Part shown: one piece after another, positions 49,300-59,720 of the stretch
Numbering within the stretch: the first letter of the stretch is position 1
Layout of the letters: each line of letters opens with the position of its first letter
From: Marsupella aquatica
Lineage: Eukaryota; Plantae; Marchantiophyta
NCBI GenBank assembly: GCA_973895155.1
Contig: OZ316899.1
Coordinates: forward strand, 3,059,455 to 3,123,454
DNA: 64,000 bases
Reading direction: 5' to 3'
Notes under the pieces: generated by a model
Databases searched by the model: none
What the model was told of the DNA's origin: nothing
The model's input: the letters and a program-made list of their open reading frames with translations, nothing else
Position numbers and translations under genes: made by a program

Positions 49300-52200
49300 C
49301 ATTAATTCTCATCCATAGATTTTGGACGTCATCAATCATCTCCCACAGCCTAGAGTGGTGGACCTTACCACCCAGCGCCCTCACCAATCCCAGCACTCAC
49401 GCCTAAGTGCCCTTGGTGCCCGAACGCCTCCACGGAATACCACGAGCAAGCAACCTAGTGTCCCTTGCACTGCCAGCGGCCCCTCCCATATGAAGCTGCA
49501 CTTGCTCTCTAACAAGACCGCTACTCAACAGTCCTCCCTATCTGCACAAGCAAGCAAGCACCTCGGTAAGTAACCCTTCAGGATCTAGAACTCGCCAAGT
49601 CTAGCATCCTAACTCAAGCTCCACAGACGTTGGTAAATAGGTCAGCGATAGGTCCTCCCGATGCCATAAGCCGGAACCAGAACCCACACCCACTGTTTGT
49701 CCAGAATAGCTCCTTCCTTGGGCGCGGCCCGGGTTCCCCCTCGTACCTATCCATCACCAACTGACCGCCCTGACCTCAAGACATGCTCGTGGCTGAAATT
49801 AGCGTAGCTTGTCCTAAAGCTTGTTCCAACACGCCGGGACCAGAACGGCCCCGACTCTAGCAACCGCTCCCGGTTTTCCTCACTGATGGTCTAGGGGCCG
49901 AGCACCCTTGGAACTCATCCTCTACACCTACTCGGCCTTGCCTCCCCAACGCAAGCTCCCTTGGGAGACCGAACGCCGATTGGCTGCTATTTGGCAGGAT
50001 TCGGCAAGCGGGCGAGCTAACACCCGCAAACCATGAGAACCCATGGTACCCCTAGACCCAGCTGATCCTAGGAGGGCGTAGCCTTTCTCAAGAGCTTTCC
50101 AATTCACCCAAGAAGTCCTCCAACGGATTTCCTGTTGGGAAGATATCGCCATTTCCGTTTGGCGGTTTCCCTTAGTGTCTCGACCGCCGCGGTTCACGAC
50201 TTCTGTGATGCCTAGCCAGGAATCACTAGGCCAGTTAAGTGGGGAAAACGGAGGTGTACCCTATAAACACATTAGTATAGTAACAAAAACAAGGAAAATA
50301 TAAACAATTAAGGGTGACTATGGAACCCGGGCCGAGGCCGGAGGTAAGGACGTCGGGGGAGAGAACACGATTAGGGTTAGGGTGCGCTAAGCATCGGCGG
50401 CTAGGGGTAACCAACGGGAGGAAAGACCAGAGGAGGAGAGGGGTAAGGACCGCTCACGAGGAATGGTGGCTCAATTGCAAGCACGAACTGGGCAGACGAC
50501 TACCGAAGGCCAACTACTGTCAGCTGCTTAGGCAAGCACTCTGGGCGGGAGCAAATACCAACGATCGAGTCAAGGAGGGTATGAGCAACGTCAATCAAGT
50601 GACACATTTTTTGGGATGCCAGTTTGAACGGGCAACTGAGTACATTAGGCTTATGAGAACGAAGAATTGGAGAGAGCAACTCAAGAACGGCAGGAGCTCG
50701 CTCGACTATGGGACCTGCAGAAGTCTGCCTTCTTAGGAGGAGAACTCATCAAGGCCAAGTTCTTGTGGACTCCTACTGCCAATCAGCTCGATGACCTTCT
50801 ATTTTGTGAAGACAGAATCGTCGGCATTCGGGAAGCCATCAACCGTTGCAACGACGCGCACTAGGAGTTGAAGGGTAGCACGGAGGGGTGGACAAAGGCA
50901 ACTATGCTAGGAGAAACATCCACGGTAGCCGAGATGAAGAGGAAAGGAAACAACAACGAAGAGGCCACCCCGACAAAAAGAACGAGGTCGGCGGCACCAA
51001 GGAAGCCAGTAGAGCAGCAGAATAGGAGGCAGGGAGAAGCCGAAGAGGAGGAGGTCGATCCCATCAAGTACCAGGGCTTCATGGCCGGATTCGGCTTTGA
51101 AGCCTTCGTAAGATTACCATGGCTGAAGCCAGAGGTGCCGGACTCAGACTTATTAGAATTCGTGGGATCATGGGAACCCGAGACCAATTCCACAAGGGTG
51201 TATGGGAAGGATTTCTATCTCACTCCCCGGGTGATTGCCAAGGTGTTTGGCTTGCCGATGGGTAATAAGACCAAGGTTGATACCAGGAAGACCTTACTTG
51301 ACAAGGAGTTCCAGTCGTTCCCAGGACCATCAACAAAGAATGGCTTCTTCCGGAACACCTGCACCAACCCGCACATCGGAGAGATGATCGATTTCTTGCT
51401 GGTGACCATGCATTGTAACTTGCCGAGGGCAGAGATCGGCAAGGCTCAGGTCTACCTGGCAAAAAGGCCAGACCCAAGTCGAGATTACAACGGGTACCTC
51501 CTCAACCAACTGAAGAAGATCTTGAAGGAGGAACAATAGGTGATTGGCGTGGGAAGTGTGTCCCGGCTTGGCTATCACATGCCGCTGTTGTGCCGGTATG
51601 CCAGAAGTCAAATCTTTGCCCTAGTACTTCCCCTATCGGCAAGAGCACCGGAGGAGGTTCCGGAGTAGAGGCCGGCAACAGAAGAGCTCAACCAGCCTGC
51701 CAGTCCTCCGATCGAGCAGGTGTTTCGGCCAAGGAAAGAAGACTTGCCGATGCAGCAATCAGGCATGCAAAATCTGCTGAAATTGCTGGAGAAGGAGAGA
51801 ACGGCACCGGCAACAGCAATGGCACCGGTACAGGACACTGCCCCAGAGGCCGGCTTAAGCCAACTCAGGAGGGAAAACCCCTTTACCGGAACCAACGAGA
51901 GAAGGAGGCCGGAACACAAGCCGGGAGTTTGAATGTATATGGAAGCCTCAAGCCCCGAATCGGAGGCAGAGCAGCCTAAGGCTCCTTCCCACGGAAAGCG
52001 GAGGGAGAGGACAGCCTGAAAACCAGAGGAGGAACAAGAGCCCGTGATCTGTGAGGCCATTTTCACGGCAGGACCAGGGGAACAGAGGGGGAAGCCGGGA
52101 GTCCAAGCAGTGGAGGAGGCGGTGGAGGACTACAACAATGATAACTCTAGCTATGGGTTGGATCATCATGTTCCAGGAGTAAGGACCCGTGGCCAGTTTA

Positions 52201-54629
52201 TCCCCACGCTTCCAAGAGTAGTTCGAGGGGACCCCACCCAGCAGAGTAGCCCCGAGTCTCCCCCACCAGAGGTTGCTCCCCCGAGCTTTAACGGCATAAA
52301 GTAGACGGCACAAGATTTTCAGGAGCGACTTAGGGAGGAAGAGAAAGCAGCCCTGGCTAGGGAGAAAGATTTACCAGGAGAAGATTGGCCGGAGGACATC
52401 AGGCGGCTTGCCAAAAAAAGAAGCAACCCTCTTGCCACCGTAGAAGAAATCCGCAAGGCGGCTTGGGAACAGAGGCCGAGGTGGTTGATGCCGATGACTT
52501 CTACTTACTCCATCTATGCTAAAGATAGAGCCATGGAGTATGGGGAGATGTGTGGGGACCTAACGCTCAGCATCTTTGGGGAGGAGTTGGAGCAGGGACC
52601 TTTTTTCCAGAGGGAGATGTTGGAGAAGCACCGATTTGAAGAAGCGGTGGCTTTGGAGGAAGCAAGAAGGACGAGGTCATCCGGCGGCTTAGGGAGATGG
52701 AAGCCGAGGTGGAAGACCTGCAGGCGGCCAAGAAAGCCCAAGATGAGCTGCGGATTAAGCGGCATGAGCTAAACATCATGCAAGGACAATTGGATGCCGC
52801 TCAGTCTGGCAATCAGATTATCAAAGATAAACTGACTCGGACTCAAGGAGAGTTGGCCGGCGCGGTCAAGGACAGGGAAAAGTGGAAGCAGGAGCTGAGG
52901 GATGTAGAGGAGGCCCACATAACCGCCAACAACCGGGCCATGGCGGAGACTCAGAGAAAGGAGAGGGCATTGAAAGGAGAGCTCGAGGATATCCGCGGAG
53001 CCCTTGAGCAGAAGGAGGCCGAGTTAGGAAAATCCTATCAAGGGATTATTGCACTGCAGTAGGAGCTTGCGTCCCTGACGGCCAGCTTCAAGGCCGACCT
53101 GCGTGAGAAGGACGACCAGCTCGACCAGACTTATGCCAAGATGAATAAGATGGAGTCTGAGGTCGTAGCGGAGCTCGACAAGGAGCTAAGAGCAACCCAA
53201 GAGGAGAGGGCTACCTTAAAATTGGAATTGGAGGAAGCCAGAAAGGAACTGCAGGAGGGACGGAAGGACCTGGAGGAAGCCCAAGAGGAGTTGGAGGAAA
53301 CCACCAGGAAGATGGAGAACTTACAGCGGCCGGCCGACAACCAAATGGAGCGGCTGAAGAAACAGGCCGCAGTATTTAAGTGCTTAGCTTCATCTGGTCC
53401 AACTCCAATTGTGGGAACTCCGTTACCAGGAGGGGTACTGGCCGAAAGACAAGCCGAGACACACGCCCCGGTGCCGGAGGTAGGTAGCAAGGGGAAGGGA
53501 CCAGCTACCAAAACAGGGAAGAAGAAGAAGCAGAAACCTTCTGGGTCTGGGAGTTATACGGCTTACCAAGCCGTTGTGACCCAGGAGGTCAACCCAGCAC
53601 CAACCTCCGGCATGGTCACGGCAGTAGATCCACCTGTTGAAGAAGGTGGCGATGGCAAGGCCGAGGCCAGGACAACTATTGATGAAGTCGAGGTACCGGA
53701 TCCTCCACTAGAATATGACGGGGAGGCCGAAGCCGTATTGAAGGCCGTGACCGATGCTAAGGCCGAAGCCGAGGATGGACCCAGTCAAGCCGATGAAGAG
53801 TTGACTCGGTCCGGGGCAGGTAATCTGTCAGAGGACGGACCAACGGCAGTGGCTGCGGGGGAAGCGTTGGGGGCGTCCATTGAGGATCCGCCACCGGTGT
53901 CGTGACGGTGCAAGGGCGCCGTTCCTTTAAGGAAGGGCGGACGTGGAGGTAGGAGGCGTGAGTGGGCAGGGCGGGCTCAGATCTCCAAGTTTAGGATTAG
54001 GATCAAGACCAGGAGACGGCCCTGACACTTAGATTAGTGGGATGGCGGATCCTCTGGTAGGAGCAACACTTGTGCTCCTGCCTTGCTGTACAGTTAGGTA
54101 GATTACAAGTAGGATAGATTAAGCTTATGCAGCAAAGTTCTGGACAGATTCGTTGCGAGGATAAATACCTGGGCAGCGGGGAGTCCAAGGCCTCTTCTTT
54201 AGCAAGTTTTTAGTTGCACCAGCAGGGCTGGGATCAAGTAGTAAGAGAAGCTCTCGGTTAGTTATACAGTGACCCTTGTGTATATTCATGTTTCCTCATG
54301 CCTAAGAGCTGAATAGAGTTGGCCTCACGGCTTAGTTCGCAGAACTTGTGTATGAGATGTACTGTTTGTATGGCAAGTGCATGGTATAACTCAGTCAGAA
54401 GGAGTCATTTTGCTATTTGTGTGTCGCATTAACTTGTGTGAAGAGTGCCCACATCAATGAAGGGAAGTAGCAAGGGAGTGAGAGTTGGATGTGTCGAGCT
54501 GAGAGAGATCTTAGCGGCTTAACAAGCCAATTGGGGATCATTCCGGCGGCGGAATCCAAACATACCTAATGGAAGACCAGGAGAGGAATACAAGGGAAGG
54601 CCTAGAATAGGCCGGCTAAGTATCTCATG
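49300..54629 (-). mobile_element. Internal segment of a Gypsy-family element (same family as 1-1455), no gag-pol seen; left boundary uncertain
   Basis: 53186-54627 parallels 1-1455 and ends at the same tatctca junction. Confidence 0.65.
50868..53905 (+). pseudogene. Long additional ORF: LPW-type domain, acidic linker, coiled coil and low-complexity tail; broken by stops and frameshifts
   Basis: Consecutive ORFs 50868-51539, 51720-51932, 52044-52304, 52485-52772, 52697-53062 and 53141-53905. LLEFVGSW...VYGKDFYLTPRVIAKVFGLP resembles plant retrotransposon-associated Transposase_32-like domains. Confidence 0.65.
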
Positions 54630-54996
54630 TGTAATTAGGTGATTATTCTAAAAAAGAGAGTTAAAGTATCAAAACCATAAATTTTTAAAATTTTAAAGTT
54701 TTTATAAGGCCCTTTAAGCAAATTTAAGTTAGTATAAGCTCAAATGGGTAAGGATACCACTGGAAGACGTCAAGGCTACTCTGGTTTTCACATATTAGAC
54801 GTCAAGACGGCAAGAAGTTGAAATGAGCTTCAAAAATGAGGTGATGTCCTGGACGGCCTCCTCGTAGGGACGGCAGGGCCGGCGCCGTCCTGGACGGCCT
54901 CCTCACAAAGACGGCAAAGATGGCGCCGGCTTGGACGGCTTCTACACAGGGACGGCCGGGACGGCACCCATTTTTTGCCAAGGACGGCCGACTCCT

Positions 54997-55199
54997 TCCG
55001 CGCCGGCCCGCATGAAAAACTCGAGGACGTCTTGGACAGCCTCCACGTAGGGACGTCCGGGACGTCCACCCCACCACGACCTAATGTGACGTCCGCGCCG
55101 GCCCGCATGAAAAACTCGAGGACGTCTTGGACGGCCTCCACGTAGGGACGTCCGGGACGTCCACCCCACCACGACCTAATGTGACGTCCGCGCCGGCCC
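54997..55199. repeat. 95-bp tandem duplication within a GC-rich ggacgtcc/ggacggcc repeat field (54790-55260)
   Basis: catgaaaaac recurs at 55011 and 55106; the units are nearly identical. Confidence 0.85.
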
Positions 55200-55600
55200 A
55201 AACCTTTTTCTCCATTTTTCTTTGAGGGACGTCCATGGCGGCCGGAAGTAGGGCGCGAGCTTCGACCCTCAATGCTCACTCGATGGACCACCATTCAAGC
55301 TCATTTCAATTGCTATAGGAGCACAGCTGCCTAGAGAATGTTCACCCCGATTCTAAACTGCTATTGATGAGACGTTGAGGAGTATTGGGTCATCGATGCT
55401 CTCTGATTTCTTGGAATTGAAGAAATTGCAATTTCGAGAGCTTCGCTTGATCAGAGCTCCTTCATTTCTATCTCTTTTCAGTTCATTCTTTCTCCCATAG
55501 TAGCGTAGCTACCTTAGATCCCTGAGATTTCATTCTTGAGCCTCAATGCTTAACCGTTTTTAGGAGGAGAGCTCTAGAGCCTTCTCAGATTTTTTGAGCT

Positions 55601-56941
55601 ATGGCCACCAGAAGCTTACCAATTAGTAAGGCCATCAGGGTGACCTTACCTCCAGGTCCTAAGGCTTACTTTAGACTCCTTAGTAACCTGGTAGAGATGG
55701 GCTTGAGTTCCTTACTTTTTCTTCCTTGGGATATGGTGCATGGGTCCATCATTGCCGATTTTCTTCGTCCACCCCGAGCTGGCACTTTTCGGAGTTCTAC
55801 TAGAGGTTCAGCTGATGTGTGTACCACCGCCGTTATTTCTGAGGTGTACCAGTTGAGCCAGGAGGGAGAGAGACTTATCTCTGTTGGAGAGGACTTGACT
55901 GTCCCCTATTTTAGAGGTACCAGGGACCGGAGGTCTGGTTGGAAGATTGATCAGTGCAAGAATCAGGAGTTAGCTCATCTACTCTGATTCCTTGTACCTA
56001 TCTTTCATCCGACCAAACCCACCAGGGCTATGGTTTACTTGACCAGCTCTATCATTGTATCATGGACCGGCAAGAGGAGGATCAACTGGGCCTTAGCTCT
56101 TTTGGAGGTGATTGCCAAGCAGGTGGCTGTCTTGTCTACTACCGGTGATACCTATCTGACACCCTACTTGGCGCACATTTACTTTTCGAGAGGCTGCTTG
56201 TTACCAGTGGAGCTGAGCGATTGGAGGAGGAGAGCGAGACACTTTGAGCTACCTCAGCCAGAGTTAGCGAGAGAGTTGACTCCACCACCGACGACATCTC
56301 CGAGACCCCCTCCAATGGAGCAGACAACAACACCAGATCTACCAGGGATGACTTCTCCCTCTTTTGTTTCTTCCACTTCTTACACGTCATGGACTGATTT
56401 TGTTGGTAATGCTGAGCGACTAGCTAGTGTGGCTGGTTTCAACCAGCATTTGGTAGATGAGGCCACTAGACTCTTGAGTTGTACCCCTCTACAGTTGCTT
56501 GACTGTATTTGTGCTTTGCTTTCCGAGTCTTGTACCGTCCCACCCACTCATGTTTCACCCCTTGCACCTTCACCACAACCTGATCACCCTATGGATGCGG
56601 ATGAGTCGGAGCTACCTATTGCTGACCCTTCACTCCCTCCTCCATCCTTACCTACACCCCCTCTACCTGATCCCATTCTTTCCCCTATCCCTCCTACATT
56701 TTCACCTGAGCAGCCTCCATCTCCTACCCCTGAGCCTTTACCCCCTTCACCAGTACCCCCTCCAGATCCATTTTCCTCTATTGAGGATACCACCCTGTCA
56801 CCCCTTGATGATTCATTTCCCTCTCCTACCATGGAAGGAGATGAACCTATTCCTGAACCTATTCCCGAGACTAAGCCTGAGCCTAAGACTATAGAGCCTC
56901 CTATTGTACCATTTATAGCTCCTACTCCTTTGATGTCTTAG
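55601..56941 (+). pseudogene. LPW/EFLVPI-domain protein with a Pro-rich tail; one in-frame TGA at 55985-87
   Basis: ORFs 55601-55987 and 56030-56941 share a frame (L*FLVPIFHPTKP). A further ORF 57008-57355 follows. Confidence 0.7.
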
Positions 56942-58465
56942 CCTCCTATTGTCTCTTTTGTTGCCGACATTGAGCCTCTTTTTGTCTTTCCCGCCCAGTT
57001 TGATAGGATGATTACGTCACTCATCGACGCACGCACTCCCCTTGCACCTCCTTTACCTCCACTTATGTTTGGTCGTGAGTCTTTTCCTTTTCCACACACC
57101 TACGACATGGTTCCGATCTCTCGTGGTATTCTATGGCTACCTATTGACAAGCTGAGATTACCCACAATTGAGACTCCTGACCTTTGGAGTTGGGTTTATC
57201 ATTGTAGAAAGGTCATAGCACCTTTCCCTCTTCTAGCTCCAGACATTCCATGGCCATCAGATTACTTTGTTTGGATCGGACCGGATGGACATCCCATCCG
57301 GAAGACCAGTGAGCCTCGTTTGATTCGTTACCGTGAGGACCTTTTTCGTCGATAGTATTTGAAGGGACAGAGGACCAAAGGGAAGATAGCCCTTGGTTAT
57401 GTAGCTCGCCTCCCTCTACTTGTAGTCGACAGTACAGTATGAGATTGGTATTTTATTTTGTAGACTTTTACTTAGCTTTGACCATTTGACTATCCCTTAG
57501 TCAAAGTTGACTTTTACTTTACTTAGTTTAGACTTAGGAAATGAAGAGGCATGTCTCTTCATTCTCCTTAGCCCGTGGGCGATCTCATGTACTTATTGTG
57601 ATACCAGTCTCATTTTGAGACAGTGTGAATAGTTATTTGCATCTCCTCATCTTGGAGTTTTGTCCCTTGTACGTGTAATGCAATTTTGCAAGGAAGATTT
57701 GCATACCTTGGAATTTGATTACTTGTGCTAGGAGTCTACCCCTCCTTTGTATGGTAATGCATGTTGCAATTACCGTAAGAAGTAAAACCCATAAAAATAT
57801 AGTTTGTGGAATGTATTAGAACTACAACATTTGTTGTCCATTTCTGTATTTACATGAAGGACTTATCTTTGGAAGATAAGTATTGCATGAAATCAAGAAA
57901 TAGAAATCTAAATGATTAAGAAGTAGCAACATTCTTAATTCACGGATTTGAAGTACCATTGTGGTATACTGAATGTGCATTAGTTTTTCTTTGGGAATTG
58001 CGCATCGCTGAAGAAGGAAACATGTTGCAGGCATTTTAATGACACACTACTATACACACAATCCGAAACTTATCTTGGGTTTTGTGAGCATAGACACTTC
58101 TTAAACTTAGATTTATGATGGAAACCTAGAGATCAGTTATAGCAAGGTTATATTTGACTTATCAACGTCTCAAATAATGCCATAGCTCTTTCTTAAGACA
58201 TGGTGACGGAGTTAAATATTGCTAAACTATACCTCTAGAAGCTCTAAGATTCTGTTATACAGCAAATGTCACTTTGTTCTTATTTTATTAATTCCTTGTG
58301 TTTTGTTTAAGATTCTATTTTTCTTATAGATGTTGAGTACCATCTCTAAACCACGCAAAACACTTTAAAACATCTTTTCATCCCATTCTTGTTCTTCCAC
58401 GGGAACGAACACCGAGTTTTTAGCATATATTTGATGATATTTGCTTTTGTTAGTATACGACATCA

Positions 58466-58644
58466 TGACCCGATGAAGGATCTGTCCAGTATATGTGTGT
58501 AAAATGTTAATAGTAGTAGAAGGAGGATTAGTAACGTCCCATGCCGCTAAGCCACGGAAACAGCCTTGCCGAGGACGAAACCTACAGGAATCGGCTTGAG
58601 CAAGGGGGTTTTCTTGGGTTTGGGAAGCCATGGGACGCACCACA
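58466..58644 (-). repeat. 179-bp LTR (TG...CA)
   Basis: Homologous to 1456-1632 end to end. Confidence 0.85.
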
Positions 58645-59720
58645 ACTTTGGCTCGTCCGTAGCCCCCAGGGAGACACCACTCCCCTCATATATGCTTCTG
58701 GAGACCTGCCACCCCCGGACCAGCTTTGGTCCCTAAACATTTGGCCCCCAACCCGGATACCATCGCGCATAATGGGCGCGCCACCAATTGGCAACGCCCG
58801 TAACTTTCTTGATAGGCATCCGCAAGCGGAGTGCCTTAGCCCGTTGTGACCGGGCCGACCCCGTGCTCATGCCTAGGCCCTCAGGTCTGATCGCCGCTCG
58901 GGGCCCCCGACCGGCCCAACCCGGATCGGGCCACAACTTGCGCCCCAAGCGTCCGTTGCCAATGGCGTCAACTCCATTGGTCTTGGGCCCAAGAGGAGCT
59001 CAATCCCAAGTCCTCAGAACTCAAAGTCCATCCGGAGGTCCGGTCGGCCATCCTTGAGCCCGGCCCATTCCCCTTGACCTGACCAGCCATCGGCTAGTCC
59101 AAGTCCTTAGTGTGTGCCCCCAGCTTGGCTCATTGCCTCGCTAGTGCCATGTCTCATTGCCCATAAGTCTCCCTATGCTAAGTCCTCCCCGGATGGCCTA
59201 TCCGGGCCTGGACCATAAGGGAGCTTGGCGTCAGAGTCAGCGATGCCGGAGCTAAGTGTTAAGGTAGTCGAGTTCCGTGACTTGCACGCCCCCTTAAAAA
59301 TGGTCACGTCCGCGTGACCTCAGTAAATGTTCCAACACGCCTAGACCACTTTGGGTCTTAAAAATTTTATGAGGTAACAAATGGTTTGCCCATAAGGCTG
59401 ATGCAAACCAGGTTGGCATGCGCATTCCAGACTTAGGAAATTCCAACCTATCCCACTTATCCAAGTAGGATGTCAGTCCAAACGGGTAAGCTAACTCCAA
59501 ACTCATTGGACCCATTGTCCTCCCCTTGGGGTACTCCCCTTTGGTTTGAACTAGCCCGCCCACAGATGTAGGGCGAGCACCATCAACTTCCACTCGCAAA
59601 AAGCAAATCGGCCGCCCAACAACCTCTAGCACCAACGCAATCCAACTTTATCCTTAAGAGGCCGAGAGGAGTGAAACTAGGATACAACTCACAAAGGTAG
59701 CTATAGCTGCCTGTACCAGT

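Larger units (their letters stand above)
54630..58462 (+). mobile_element. 3833-bp TG...CA element with a 5-bp TSD; probable giant solo LTR
   Basis: TGTAATTAGG...TATACGACA flanked by TCATG (54625-29, 58463-67). Removing it restores tatctcatgacccgatg, the junction seen intact at 1449-1465. Confidence 0.85.

Noticed and set aside
54758-55260. CACTG followed by dense ggacgtcc repeats, resembling a CACTA left end
   Set aside because: No matching right TIR or 3-bp TSD was found. The region lies inside the TG...CA unit defined by the TCATG duplication.
58645-58670. GGCTCGTCCG resembles the vertebrate tRNA-Pro PBS
   Set aside because: It lacks the TGGGG start, land-plant tRNA-Pro has a different acceptor stem as I recall it, and it is on the wrong side for the pol orientation.
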